Assembly (NCBI RefSeq): GCF_964213995.1
Contig: NC_135811.1
Span: 51,274,001 to 51,338,000 of the forward strand
From: Mustelus asterias
Taxonomy: Eukaryota
DNA: 64,000 nt
Reading direction: 5' to 3'
Made by a program: the position numbers and the translations under genes. The notes below the pieces were generated by a model. It saw nothing but the letters and a program-made list of their open reading frames with translations. It searched no databases and was not told the DNA's origin. Positions 26,382 to 40,015 of this stretch are shown in pieces; positions within the stretch are counted from its first letter, which is position 1, and each line of letters opens with the position of its first letter.

Positions 26382-26715
26382 GGGCGGCACGGTAGCACAG
26401 TGGTTAGTACTGCTGCTTCACAGCTCCAGGGTCCCGGGTTCAATTCCCGGCTCGGGTCACTGTCTGTGTGGAGTTTGCACATTCTCCTCGTGTCTGCGTG
26501 GGTTTCCTCCGGGTGCTCCGGTTTCCTCCCACAGTCCAAAGATGTGCGGGTTAGGTTGATTGGCCAGGTTAAAATTGCCCCTTAGAGTCCTGTGATGCGT
26601 AGGTTAGTGGGATTAGTGGGTAAATATGTGGGGGTAGGGCCTGGGTGGGATTGTGTTCGGTGCAGACTCGATGGGCCGAATGGCCTCCTTCTGCACTGTA
26701 GGGTTTCTATGATTC
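26382..26715 (+). mobile_element. V-SINE, full length
   Basis: Consensus head, V domain and CR1 tail. Confidence 0.92.
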
Positions 26716-26750
26716 TTATGCAAAGCATCAGTTAGGGTAGATGGAATCTA

Positions 26751-27265
26751 GGGTGACATGGTGGCACAATAGTTAGCACTGCTGCCTCACAGCACCAGGG
26801 GCCCAAGTTCGATTCCCGGCTTGGGTCACTGTCATTGCAGAGTCTGCACGTTCTCCCCATGTCTGCGTGGATTTCCTCTGGATGATCCAGTTTACTCCCA
26901 CAGTCTTGATGTGGAGTTGCCGACGTTGGACTGGGGTAGGCACAGTAAGTAGTCTCACAACACCAGGTTAAAGTCCAACAGGTTTATTTGGTAGCACAAG
27001 CTTTCGGAGTGTTGCCCACTCACCTGATGAAGGGGCAGTGCTCCGAAAGCTCATGCTACCAAATAAACCTGTTGGACTTTAACCTGGCGTTGTGAGACTA
27101 CTCACTGTGCCTCCCACAGTCTGAAAGACGTGCTGGTTAGGTGCATTGGCCATACTAAATTCTCCCTCAGTGTACCCGAACAGGCGCTGGAGTGTGGCGA
27201 CTAGGGGATTTTCACAGTAATTTCATTGCAGTATTAATGTAAACCTACTTGGAACACTAATAAAA
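26751..27265 (+). mobile_element. Alternative-tail V-SINE, host of a PLE mini-element
   Basis: Head at 26751; tail ...aaacctacttggaacactaataaaac. Confidence 0.85.
26907..27110. mobile_element. Palindromic Penelope pLTR mini-element inserted in a V-SINE
   Basis: Inverted pLTR arms; hammerhead core CTGATGA-A-GGGGC(AGT)GCTCC-GAAA at 27024-27048 on +; 12-bp TSD CTCCCACAGTCT (26895-26906 and 27111-27122). Confidence 0.9.
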
Positions 27266-28547
27266 CTTAAGCTTAAATATTGCATGTGGCTTTTGGTACT
27301 CCAGCATAAGAAGTATATTGAGTCATGGAGAAGGTGCAGCAAAGGTCCAGTGGATGATACCCAGAAATTACGCTTGGCAGTAAGGAAGGCTCATTGTACA
27401 CAGAGGCAACAAAAGTTGGATGGTGATCTAATAGAGTTTGTTCAAACTATGAAAGCCTTTATCTCAGATGCTTGGCGAATCAGAGAGATTAAACTCCGGA
27501 GTATCTTTAAAATGGGCAAGTTGAAATAAATATTTGCATTTGAAGAAGCATCAGAACATGATTTATTAGAAGTGAAAGTGACCTTTAAAAGGGATATGAA
27601 TTAAGTTTTATAAAGGAAGAATATAAAAACAGGAAAGGGCATTGGAACAGGCTTAGAATACATAGCTCCAGTAAAAACTAACACTGACCCAGGCATAATG
27701 AGCTGAATGGCTTCAAGTTCTGTAAATTCTATACTTTCTAATAATCTTTAAAAACTAAGTAATATCACTTTTCCATCTATGGTCTTGGCTACTTTTGTTA
27801 GATCTCGGTTGATAAAGAACATAAGAAATAGGGGCAGGAGTAGGCCATACAGCCCTTCGGGCCTGCCCTGCTAGCCAGTGAGATCATGGCTGATCTTCTA
27901 CTTAACACCTTTCAAAATACACCTGCAGGCTTGTTAACAGAAATCGTTTCATTTGAGGAATAGCATTTAGCTTGATAATTCATGTCCGGAACCATGGAGA
28001 GTAAAAAGGATGTTGCTTCATAGAATCATAGAATCCCTACAGTGCAAGAGGCCATTCGGCCCATTGAGTCTGCACAGATCACAATCCCATCCAGGCCCTA
28101 TTCCCGTATTTACCTTGCTAATCGCCCTGACACTAGGGTCAATGTAGCATGGCCAAGATGTGCAGGTTAGGTTTGGGTTTCAAAACATCTACAGCTAACC
28201 CATTGGCTGCCTTCATTTTGCCCTCCCTCAGAATGATTGTGATTCTAATGTAACATCCCTCCCTTTGATTAACCAAATTTTCTGGGCAGATCGCTGAATT
28301 AGCAGAAAATAGCCATTTTGACCTTTTCTTTATTTCTTGAACGCAGCCTGTCCATTCCCTCTCAGCCAAGCTCTAACATGATTTTACTGGCGTGTGTGCT
28401 TTAAACCCATCGTGGCATGTTTTTCATTGATTGCAAGAGAAGTATCAACAACAATAAATGTCTGAGGGTGATCACTGCTTTGGTAAGCATTATAATTGTT
28501 ACAATCTCCTTCATAGTTTCCCAGATTTCTTCAGTTTAGGCATAGTA

Positions 28548-28846
28548 AGGGTGGCACAGTGGTTAACACTGCTGCCTCACAGTGCCAGGGACCCAGGTTC
28601 GATTCCCGTCTTGAGTCACTGTCTGTGAAGAGTCTGCACGTTCTCCTCATGTCTGCTTGGGTTTCCTCCGGGTGCTCTGGTTTTTCCCCACAGTTCAAAA
28701 GACGTGCTGGTTAGGTGCATTGGCCATGCTAAATTCTTCCTCAGTGTACCCGAATAGATGCCAGAGTGTGGCGACTGGGGGATTTTAACAGTAACCTCAT
28801 TGCAGTGTTAATGTAAGCCTACTTGTGACATTAATAAATAAACTTT
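28548..28846 (+). mobile_element. Alternative-tail V-SINE
   Basis: Ends GTAAGCCTACTTGTGACATTAATAAATAAACTTT. Confidence 0.88.
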
Positions 28847-28851
28847 AAAAC

Positions 28852-29168
28852 TAGAATCATAGAATCCTACAGTGCAGAAGGAGGCCATTGGCCCATTGAG
28901 TCTGCACTGACCACAATCCCATCCAAGCCCCTATTCCCTCACATTTACCCGGCTTATCCCCCTGACTCTAAGGGACAATTTAGCATGGCCATCAACCTAA
29001 CCTGCACATCTTTGGACTGTGGGAAGAAACCGGAGCACCTGGAGGAAACCCACACAGACACGAGGAGAAAGTACAAACTCCATACAGACAGTGACCGGAG
29101 ACCAGAATTGAACCCGGGTCCCTGGCGTCCTGAGGCAGCAGTGCTAACCACTGTGCCACCGTGCCGCC
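28852..29168 (-). mobile_element. V-SINE
   Basis: Reverse complement of the consensus. Confidence 0.9.
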
Positions 29169-29299
29169 CAGTTTAGAATAGAACACCATTAATGCAATTA
29201 AATATCTCAAGGCACTGAGAGGAATTCACATCGAGGAACTTGCCGAGCATTGAGTGGGAATTGAGTAAGGAATGAAGGAAGGTGGCCAAAAGTATGGTT

Positions 29300-29990
29300 G
29301 GAGAAAAGTGACAAGACAAGTTTTAGGTACATAGTGAATGTGTGCAGAACCATGGTTGCTGAAGGTTCTGCCACTAACACTTGCCCTGTAGACTCAGTAG
29401 AGCAGAAGATATGAGTTCGGATACAGGGCTGGAGGGAGTTGCATAAGCCAGTTTATAAATGAGAAAAAAGATTTAGAAATAATTAGACTAGTGGTTGGAG
29501 AGTTAGTGCAGGGGAGAGCAATGAAAAGAGCATTAATGGGTGACCGAGTTTTGATATGGACTGTGATGTGGCGGGTGAAGTTCTGGGTGAATTGCTTTCG
29601 CTTGGTTGGCTTTTGGAACGATCAGGTCTGATGATGGCAATAGGTGAGTGTTCCAGTGACGAGTGAGGTGAGATTAAGATCGAAGTGGATAATATTCTGG
29701 AAGCAAAATATGTAATCTTGATAATGGGTTGGAAGTGGATGTTGAAAATCAGCTTAGGTTTGGGAAGGACACTGAGGCTGTGCCCCATTGAGCAGAGACT
29801 GAGCAAAGCAATGGAACTGAGTGACAATTTCTGACGTGAGTTGGCAAAGTTGGCTTCAGTCTTGCTAGTGTTTAGTTGGAACAACGTCTGGTCCGTACAT
29901 AACAGTCCAATAGTAGAGCAACAGTTGTAGAATAGAGGATAGAGACAGGAGAATGAAGCTGAGCTTCACTATAGCAATGCAGAAGCTGGA
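29300..29990 (-). mobile_element. Ancient L2-like LINE fragment
   Basis: FQLNTSKTEA...KITYF..RILS resembles post-RT L2 sequence; highly decayed. Confidence 0.5.
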
Positions 29991-30004
29991 CACATACCAC
30001 TGTA

Positions 30005-30985
30005 CATGCCCCAGCTATTTACAATCTATATTAATGACTTGGATACAGGGATAGAAGGCTCTATAGCCAAATTTGCAGATGACACAAAAATAGGCAGGAC
30101 AGTAAGTTGCAATGAGGAAAGAAGAACCTTACAAATAGATATAGATAGGTTAGGAGAGTGGGCCATAATGTGGCAGATGGAGTTTAACGTGGATAAGTGT
30201 GAGGCCATGCATTTTGGTCGCAAAAATGGGAAGGCGACTTATTATCTAAATGGGGAGAGACTTTGGGGCGCTCCAATGCAGAGGGATCTGGGTGTCCTCA
30301 TTCATGAGTCACAGAAAACTAGTATGCAGGTACAGCAGATAATAAAGAAAGCGAATGGAATGTTGGCATTTATAGCTAAAGGAATAGAATATAAAGGTAA
30401 GGAAGTATTGTTGCAATTACACACGGCATTGGTGAGGCCGCACCTGGGGTATTGTGCACAGTTTTGGTCCCCGTATTTGAGGAAAGATGTAGTGGCATTG
30501 GAGGCAGTTCAGAGGAGGTTCACTAGATTGATTCCAGAGATGAGGGATTTGTCGTATGAAGAAAGATTGAACAGTTTAGGCCGATACTCTCTGGAATTTA
30601 GAAGGATGAGGGGAGATCAAATTGAGGTATTCAAGATGATAAAAGGTATGGATAAAGTAGACGTGGAGCGGATGCTTCTGCTGGTGGGGCATTCTAGGAC
30701 GAGAGGTCATAGTCTTAGGATAAGGAGTACCAAATTTAAAGCAGAGGGAGGAGAAACTACTTCTCCCAAAGGGTTGTGAATCTGTGGAATTCGCTACCCC
30801 AAAGTGCGGTGGATGTTGGGACAGTGAGTAAATTTAAGGAGGAGTTAGACAGATTTTTAATTGGTAATGGGTTGAAGGGTTATGGGGGGAAGGTAGGAAA
30901 ATGAGGATGAGGAGCATATCAGCCATGATCGAATGGCGGAGTGGGCTCAATGGGCCAAATGGCCTAATTCTGCTCCTGTCTTAAA
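30005..30985 (+). mobile_element. CR1 RT-to-3' fragment
   Basis: PQLFTIYINDLD...KFADDTK...WQMEFNVDKC...RPHLGYCAQFWSP. Confidence 0.93.
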
Positions 30986-32289
30986 CCTTAGAAAATTCTG
31001 TTGAATTGCACCATGCGTCTGAGGAATAATGGAGCCTTGGATCATGCCTGAGGTTACCACTTGTATATTGAGAAGAAGCCATCTCCGCCAGTTTCTCCAT
31101 TGAGTTTGCTACTGATGTTTAATGAATAAAATGGTTTGATTAAATTTACAGATTATTCTATTTGTGACAGCCATGGCATTATAATTAAAATGTGTTTTAC
31201 TTCTAATTGCCTTTTACGCTTTGGCAATTAGACATTTCTTGTGACTAATGCCATGTTTATTCTTTCACTAATGGTAATTAGCTTCATTGGTGCCACTGCA
31301 AGTTTCTGTCATTCTGATGGATTAGGCTATGAAACATTATTCATTTTCTGGAGCTATTATGATATTATTATCATGTTAAAATAGTCATCACAGGGACCAT
31401 TTTGTTTATATGACAGTAGTTACTACATAGTTAAAAATAGACTTGGATTAAAGTTTGCTGTCAGATTATCCCCACTGTACATGTTTTTCATTGGAGTTCA
31501 TTCATTATATTCTGTTGATTTCAATCAACTGTGGACACATTATTCACTTTAATACTTGAGCAATTTTATAGGGATTCGTATTTTCTTGGGTGAATGACTG
31601 ATACCATATTGTTTAAGAGTCACAATAATCATTGGCCTGAGTCATTATTGAATTGTATGTTGTGAATGGCCCTTTATACCATTTAATACAAGTCAGCAAA
31701 AGTCAATTCTTTGCATCTTCAGAGATTTGAGAAGAGACGATACAAGACAGTAACCAGTGATGGTCTGAATCTGTTTACGTGTTTTCATGGATCACAAGAT
31801 CAGCACAATGAATGATTTAAAAATATTACAATATTTATATTCAATATCTTGCTATCCAGTAGGACATCATTAATATAAATATGGCAGATGTACAGGAACT
31901 CATCGAGATTAGGGCTCCTTTTTCGTTATATCTCATGACCATGATCTCATATTCAAAGTTCACTTTTTTATCAAAATAACTTTTCACGTGCTGTTTTGTT
32001 TTGCCTCGGCGCTTTGCTACACTCATTGGTTGTGCTAATGTCATCACCAACTGTCAGAGCTACAGGTTATCTCCTAAACCAGTTAGCTTTCATGCTGAGT
32101 TAGGTTTTATGTAGCTGTTCCAAGGTTCACATTACTCTACCCACACTCTCCCGATCAGGGGATATGCCATGTTGGAATGAGGCAAGGATCGAGTCACTAT
32201 CGGGCACATGGGTAGGAAAGTCTAACCCATTGTGCAGGTTGCTCTGTGTAAGATCTTTTCAGCATTGTTTTCAGGGTGCAATTGGCCCA

Positions 32290-33200
32290 ATTTACCGCAT
32301 GCATTGTGCCATTATTTTATAAAGGTGTGAGGGACAGGCCTGTAAACTATAGGCCGGTCAGTCTGCCTTGAATGATGGGCAAATTATTGGAAATAATTCC
32401 GAGAGGCAGCATACATTTACCCAGAAAGGCATGGATTGATCAGGCACACTCAGCATGGTTTTGCGAGGGATAGATCGTGTCTTACTAACTTAATAGAATT
32501 TTTTGAGACAATAACAAGGAGGGATTAATGAGGAGAGTGCAATGGATGTTGTCTACATGGGTTACAATAAAGCATTTGACAAGGTCCCATATGGCAGATT
32601 GGTCAGAAAAGTGAGATCTCATGGGGTACATGAAAAGGTGGCAGGTTGAATCCAAAATTGCCTCAGTGACAGGAAAAAAGGGTAAAGGTTAATGGGTGTT
32701 TTTGTGAATGGAAAACAGTTTCCAGTGGCATTCCACAGGGTTGAGTTTGGGGCCCTTTCTGTTTGTTGTATATATTAATGATTTAGACCTAAATGTGAGT
32801 GGCATGATTGGGGAATTTGCAGATAGCACAAAAACTGACTGGGTAGCAAAAGGATAGCTGTCAACTCCAGAATGATCTCAATAGTTTGGTTGAGTGGGCA
32901 TGGAAGTGGCCAAAGGCATTCAATCCTGAAAAGTGTGAGGTAATGCATTTGGGAAGAAGGCAAACAAAGTAAGGGAATACTCAATAAACGGGAAGATATT
33001 GAGAGGGGCTGAGGAAGTGAGAGACCTTGGAGTGCATGTTCACAGGTCCTTTAAGGTGGTAGGACAAGTGCATAAGGTGGTCAAGAAAGCATATGGAATG
33101 CTTTCCTTTATTGGGCGAGGTATTGAATATAAAAGCAGGAGGCAATGATGGAATTGTGTAAAATGCTGGTGAGGCCACAGCTGGAGTTTTGTGCACAGTG
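32290..33200 (+). mobile_element. Decayed CR1 RT fragment
   Basis: aactataggccggtcagtc (NYRPVS), cagcatggtttt (QHGF), aaagcatttgacaaggtc (KAFDKV). Confidence 0.85.
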
Positions 33201-33210
33201 TGAAGCTTTA

Positions 33211-34015
33211 CATAAGAACTTAAGAAATAGGAACAGGATTAGACCACACAAGCTATCGAGCCTCCCCCACCATTCAGTACAATTGTGGCTGAACTTGGGC
33301 TTCAACTCCCACCTGCTCCACATATCCCATAATTCCCTGAGAGACCAGACGTCCATCTATCCCAGCCTTAAATGTATTCAATAATGAAGCATCCACAACC
33401 CTCTGGGGTAGAGAATTCCAAAAATTCACATCCCCTTGAGTGGAGAGATTTCTCCTCAGCTCAATCCTAAATTATCGGTCCCTTATCCTGAGACTGTGCC
33501 CCATGCTTTAGATTCCCCGACCAGTGGAAATGATCCCTCCCATCTACCCCATCAAGCCCCTTCAGAATTTTGTAGGTTACACTGAGGTCACCTCTCATTC
33601 TTCTAAACTCCAGAGAAAATAAACCCAATTCAATCTGCTTCTCATCATAGCACAACCCCCTCACCTCAGAGACCAGTCGAGTGAACATTCACTGTACTGC
33701 CTCCAATACAAATATATCCTTTATTCAATGTGGAGATCAAAACTGCACCTAGTATTCCGAAATGGTCTCACCAATGCCCTGTACAACTGTAGGAAGACAT
33801 CTTTATTCTTGTAGCCAATTCCTTTGACATAAAGGCCAATTTACCATTTTCCTTCCTAATTGCTTGCTGCACCTGCATACTAACTTTCTACATTCCTTTC
33901 ACCAGCCCACCCCAGTCTCTTTGAACATCAACACTTACAAGTTTCTCACCTTTGAAAAACATTCTACCTTTTAATTCTGACACCAAAGTGAATAACTTCA
34001 CACTTCCCTGTAATA
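33211..34015 (-). mobile_element. CR1 3' fragment
   Basis: FTRLVSEVRGL...LGLFSLEFRRMRGDL; tail at the left end. Confidence 0.85.
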
Positions 34016-34065
34016 CAACACCATCCATGATGCATGTTTTGATCGTGGTGTCTGTTTTGATAGGT

Positions 34066-34260
34066 ACAGTAAGAAGTCTCACAACATCAGATTAAAGTCC
34101 AACAGGTTTATTTGGAATCATGAGCTTTCGGAGCGCTGCTCCTTCAGGTGAATGAAGGAGCAGTGCGCCAAAAGCTCGTGATTCCAAATAAACCCGTTGG
34201 ACCTGGTGCTGTGAGACTTCTTACTGTGCCCACCCCAGTCCAACGCCGGCATCTCTACAC
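34066..34260. mobile_element. Palindromic Penelope pLTR mini-element
   Basis: Same pLTR sequence (agtaagaagtctcacaac...gtccaacaggtttatttgg) in inverted arrangement, with the tail on the right arm; TGTTTTGAT occurs on both flanks. Confidence 0.88.
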
Positions 34261-36229
34261 CTTTGTTTTGATGGGATGGCCACCAATTTTAATAGTCATT
34301 AACTCTCTAGACAGGGTCTTGGCCTCTTGTGCTCCGAGACATTAAGCCATCACTGCCTCAGTAATGGTGTCTGGTGCACCCATTTCTGTATTCTGAATGA
34401 CTGAACCTTGGTGTAAAGCCACCGTGCTCTCCCTGCAGTGGGATCTCCAGCTAAATCCCACTGTTATTATCATCCCCATTGTACTATACTGCCCTTGCCC
34501 TCCAGTGTACTCCTGGGAATGTAGTTACAACCAAAATCACAACATCATGCTACCTCAGCTGACCTGTGGCTCAGAAGTCTTTAGCTTAAATGCAGCTTCC
34601 AGTGTGGGCTGGCTAGCCTTCACCTGGAGGTGTGCTTTGTGCCCTGTTATCATTGTTGTGGGTCTTAAATGGGTTGTGCATAGTCTGCATTTATAGATAA
34701 AGCTGGAGGCAAGGCTGTTGGTAAACTTTACCCTGTATTGATCATTATATCAGTAGGTACAGTGCATGCTTAACATTAGACTCTACATAGCATTATCTCG
34801 CAACACACTGTTGTCATGTGATCTTAAATCACTGATGACATAGACTCAATATTTACATATTTAACATTAGTTCTTTATAGCACAGGGGCAATCTCCAAAT
34901 CCTGCTCAAGGTTTCCAACGGGGGCCTCTAACTATTGGTTTTGTTCCTTTCTTTGCTGGGCCCTCAGCGCTGGTACAGTTACGGTGCTCACCTGTAGATG
35001 TTTCAATGTACTTTAAGATCAGTCCATTTGTCCACCGGTCCCTGGCGTTCTAAAGTCCACTGTTCCTTTGCTTTGGTATACCGTTTGTTTAACTTCTCCT
35101 TCTCTTCCTGGAGCTTTTCCTCTCTCAGGTCTCCACGCTGTGTGCACATTTAGGCTGTGTACTGCAATAGATGTTTATTCTAAAATGGAAACTTGCCCAG
35201 GTCAGTCTGTATTTGAACTCAATCAACTGCTTTTTTGTATGAGTCACCCTCTGGTCTCATGAGACCAAGTCATTAGCAAGATTCTCAAACTGCGTGTCCC
35301 TGGCACATAAAACAAGAATTATCCATACTCAGCCCTCAACTACTTCACTACTCTCCCGGAGATGGGCGGCCATGTGCCCTAGAATTGATTCCACCAATAG
35401 TGAACAATAATATTTTAATAATCAACCATCAAGACAACCTAGTTGCATTGTTGGAATTTGGGGTATCAGACATTTTATTCCTCTTTTCCCATGTTCTGAA
35501 ATCATTCAAAAGTGATAGCCTTTATTAGTGACAGTGATTATATTTTATTCCATATCCGCTTGACCTGCCGCATGTTAATGTCTGGACAGCAATGTTAAAA
35601 TGCAGCAGCATTACCAAGTGTCACCTCCACATTATCACTGACTGGTCACACCAGTCAATGCAATGTGTAGATGTGGTCCCTCCTCCATCCCTGTTCTCCT
35701 TTGAGTGATAGTTTGCCAGATAGACCCAAACCTCCTTGACCCCAATAACTCTCTCCCCGGTCCAGGGAATTCTTCTTTTACATACTTCCCTTTCACAACA
35801 GAGTCTACGAGGACCCATTTATCCCATTTGCAACCTGCTTTGTCTTGGACAACCTAATTACACAAGATGGTATTGAAATATCCGTGCCTGGCACAAACCA
35901 AGTCAATCCCTTGACACCTTTGTCTTCCCACGCTCTGGCACCTATCTGCCCATCAACATTCCAAGCATCTGACCAAATGCTGACTTTGGCATCCAGCTTA
36001 TTTTGTCTTGGCCTAGACATATCTGAGCCTTTGGGAAGTGCACATCTCTCAGATCCCACACAGCAATCTGTCTGTTTTCACACTCGCCTGGTCTACTGCT
36101 GAAGTTCGCTTCTTTTTGACCGATGGATCTTTCTTAAACACTTAGGGCCCTTAAAACGTTCAGCCAATGAAGACACAAGCCACATTTTCTCATCAAATCA
36201 CCTCTCAACTGTTTTTCCTCAGTGTCACA

Positions 36230-36615
36230 AGCAACCGCAGGAAGTGCAACACCTGCTCTTTATTTCCTCCTTGATCACCGTCCCAGGTCCTAAACACCCC
36301 TTTCAGGTGAAGCAGTGCTTCAAATGCACCTCCTTCAATCTATTCGATGCTCCCAGTGCGGTCTACTCTACATCGGAGAGACCAAACGCAGACTGGGTGA
36401 CCGCTTTGCTGAACACCTTCGGTCGGTCTGCAAGCAAGACCCAGACCTTCCTGTCACTTGCCCCTTCAACACACCACCCTGCTCTCCTGTCTACATGCCC
36501 GTCCTTAGCCTTTTGCAATGTTCTAGTGATGTCCAATGCAGGAACAGCACCTCATCTTCAGATTGGGCACTTTACAGCCTTCCGGAATGAACGTTGAGCT
36601 CAACAACTTCAGAGG
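36230..36615 (+). mobile_element. Degenerate Penelope GIY-YIG endonuclease fragment
   Basis: ORF 36315..36590 contains IRCSQCGLLYIGETKRRLGDRFAEHLRSV. Confidence 0.85.
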
Positions 36616-37451
36616 ATGAACTCTCCCCTCCACCTTCACCCCATTCCCATTTATTTTATTTCATTTTGTTTCTTCTCATTCATCCATTTTATCATCCTTC
36701 TCTCTCACTTCCATTTTTCCACTTCTCCATTCCTGCTCTCCATCAGACTTTCGAATGGTCCTATATATATTGAGCATATCTTTCTCTTCACCCTATCTGT
36801 AACTGCCCTGTATTGCTTCACTGCTGCATTTGCTGGAGGTTTATTGATGACAATTATGTGGCTATTCAATAGTCTATCCCCGATGTTTAAAAGGGATTAT
36901 TTGCCAGTTAGGTACAAGGTACAGGCCCTTAACTGCCCAGCTGCTTCCACTCACCCACTCAACCTGTCAAAGACAGAGCAAGCAGTGCCTTGTGTTGTGT
37001 CCAGCCTGATGTAACTCCCCATTACCCAGCATTTTGGATTAGCTGGCACCGCCCATTGCTGGAACACACTGGATAGCAATAACATTGCAGTATCTTGTTA
37101 ATTAGCAAGGAAACCTGATGTCGGGATTTTTACACTGCTACTGCCCCTGCCCTTTTCTCTGACCCTATTTAAAGGATTTACGCTCCATCTGCAGGCTCTG
37201 CATATAAAACTCCTTGGTCCTCAGAGAGAAGCGATGCACATCTGCCCACAAGCCTTCACTTCAATGCTCTGTAAGCACCTATTGAGAAATGGCAGTGAGT
37301 GGATTGATTTGCTTGTTTTTGTTTTCTGTACAGTCTCCCCATGGGGGAATTGCTTTTCCCCTGCGCTACTTTCTCACAACCCAATCCAAATTGGAAACTT
37401 CATGCGTGTGAAATGAAGGAGACCCTACTCTCCCCCACATCCCAGCACAAT

Positions 37452-38965
37452 AGGCGATGGCCTAGTGGTATTATCGCCAGATTATTCATCCAGAAACTCA
37501 GCTAATGTTCTGGGGACCCGGGTTCGAATCCACGGCAGATGGTGGAATTTGAATTCAATACAAAATATCTGGAATTAAGAATCTACTGATGACTATGAAA
37601 CCACTGTTGATTGTGAGAAAAACCCATCTGGTTCACTAATGTCCTTTAGGGAAGGAAATCTACCGTCCTTACTTCAGTAAGGCCTTTGACAAGGTCCCTC
37701 ATGGCAGACTGGTGCAGAAGGTGAAGTCGCATGAGATCATGGTCTGACCTTGCTGGCAAAGTGGTTACAGAACTGGCTCAGTCTTAGAAGACAGAGGGTA
37801 TCAGTGGAAGGGTGCATTTCTGAATGGAGGGCTGTGACAAGTGCGTTCCTCAGGGATCAGTGCCGGGACCTTTGCTCTTTGTAATATATATAAATGTTTG
37901 GAGGAAAAAATAACTGGTTTGATTAGTAAGTTTGCGGACGACACAAAGGTTGGTGGATTTGCGGATAGCGATGAGGACCATCAGAGGATACCGCAGGATG
38001 TAGGTCGGTTGGAGACTTGGGCGGAGAGATGGCAGATGGAGTTTAATCCGGACAAATGTGAGGTAATGCATTTTGGAAGGTCTAATACAGATAGGAAATA
38101 TACAGTAAATGGCAGAACCCTTAAGAGCATTGATAGGCAGAGGGATCTGAGTGTACAGGTACACAGGTCACTGAAAGTGGCAATGCAGGTGGAGAAAGTA
38201 GTCAAAAAGACATATGGCATGCTTGCCTTCATCGGCTGGGGCATTGAGTTTAAAAATTGGCAAATCATGTTGCAGCTTTATAGAACGTTAGTTAGGCCGC
38301 ACTTGGAATATAGTGTTCAATTCTGGTCGCCACACTACCAGAAGGATGTGGAGGCTTTGGAGAGGGTACAGAAAAAATTTACCAGGATGTTGCCTGGTAT
38401 GGAAAGCAGGAGCTATGAGGAGGGGTTGGAGAAACTTGGTTTGTTCTCACTAGAACGACAGAGGTTGAGGGGTGACCTGATAGAAGTCTACAAGATATAT
38501 GAGGAGCATAGACAGAGTGGATAGTCAGAAGCTTTTTCCCAGAGTGGAAGAGTCAATTACTAGGGGGCGTATGTTTAAGGTATGAAGGGCAAGGTTTAAA
38601 GATGTACGAGGCACGTTTTTTACACAGAGAGTGGTGGGTGCCTGGAACTCGTTGCCGGGGGAGGTAGTGGAAGCGGATACGGTAGTGACTTTTAAGGGGC
38701 GTCTTGACAGATACATGAATAGGATGGGAATAAAGGGATATGGTCCCCAGAAGGGTAGGGGGTTTTAGTTCAGTCGGGCAGCATGGTCAGTGCCAGCTTG
38801 GAGGGCCAAAGGGCCTGTTCCTGTGCTGTAATTTTCTTTGTTCTTTGTTCTTTGATCTGGCTCACATGTGACTCCAGAACCACAGCAAAGTGGTTGACTC
38901 TCAACTGCCCTCCAATGGCAATAAATGCCGGCCAGCCATCGATGCCCATGTCCCATGAATGAACA
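37452..38965 (+). mobile_element. tRNA-derived SINE with L2-type (TGAA) tail, split by a CR1
   Basis: Head GGCGATGGCCTAGTGG...GGGTTCGAATCC; resumes at about 38857; ends cccatgtcccatgaatgaa. Confidence 0.82.
37673..38853 (+). mobile_element. CR1 RT-to-3' fragment
   Basis: SKFADDTKVGG...RPHLEYSVQFWSPHY; (TTCTTTG)n tail. Confidence 0.93.
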
Positions 38966-39777
38966 GAAAAAGTTAAAGCAGTCACTATTTTAGTTTCTAA
39001 TTTAGTGTCCCACTGCCCTTATTCATGATGAGTGTTTTATTGCAGCGCCCACTGAATCACATTGTGTCAGATAGGTTTGAATTCACTGAGTAAAATTGAG
39101 TTAAATGAGAGGTTGTTTTAATTGTTCTAATGGCTTTCTGGATTGTAGTTACAGGCTGGAATTCTCCAACCTCGCTGGGATTCTCCAGTCCCGCTGCAGT
39201 GAATGGAGTTTTTGCTGAGTGCCAAATTCTCCGTTCTCGCTGGCAGCAGTGGTGGGGTGTGGAAGATCAGAGAATTCCGGGAATAAAGTTTCAGAGCAAT
39301 TCAGCTGGTGACTGTTTTGTTCCCTGAATATTTCAGATGCATATAGTTTCCTTTGGGACCGGCATTAATTACAGTCTGACTTTTCATTAGTTGCAGCATG
39401 TCTTGTTCTTGGGGAATTATTGACAATTCTAATGAAGCTGTTATCGTAAGTGGGAGTCCAGGCAGGAAATGCAAATTCTCCAAAGGATAATTTTCCAATA
39501 AAAATGTTTCATAACATCCTATGTGGAGATAAACAGTTCAAAATTTAATATTTTAACAGGATAAATGGATCTGTCTATTGGCGTTTACCTTCATTTAAAT
39601 GAGGGCTAAGCAAATATTTTGTAAACAGCGTATATACTTGGAAGATGAAATTCAATATTCACTTGCATTACAGCAAAGTAATGCCTTGCGTGCGAGTCTA
39701 GTGATGTATGAACGTTTGGAACAGGGGTGGGCCACTCAGCCCCTTGAACCTGTGATGCTATTCAACTTAATCATGAA

Positions 39778-39913
39778 CAAGGTTCCCTCTAAGCTGCATT
39801 GGTGTGCGACAGTTTGGGAGTTACCATGCAGGGAACAAACAACATGAGTGTTCAATGCACGCTTTAGACTGCGCACAAGCGTCACGCGCAGCAATCTTAA
39901 AGGGGCAACAGTG
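39778..39913. mobile_element. Possible hAT-type MITE
   Basis: Imperfect TIRs CAAGGTTCCCTCTAAG / CTTAAAGGGGCAACAGTG; no clear TSD. Confidence 0.4.
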
Positions 39914-40015
39914 CAACAAACAAGTTGCGTACATCAGAGAAATTAGATGGAGCAGTGATCATGGTTTATTACACTCCAACTCTTATTTTCCCACCTTTAC
40001 TTCATATCCATTGAT

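Noticed and set aside
32290-34015. Opposed CR1 pieces as a twin-priming inversion
   Set aside because: The pieces cover overlapping parts of ORF2, differ in sequence, and the minus copy's tail faces the junction, so they are separate insertions.
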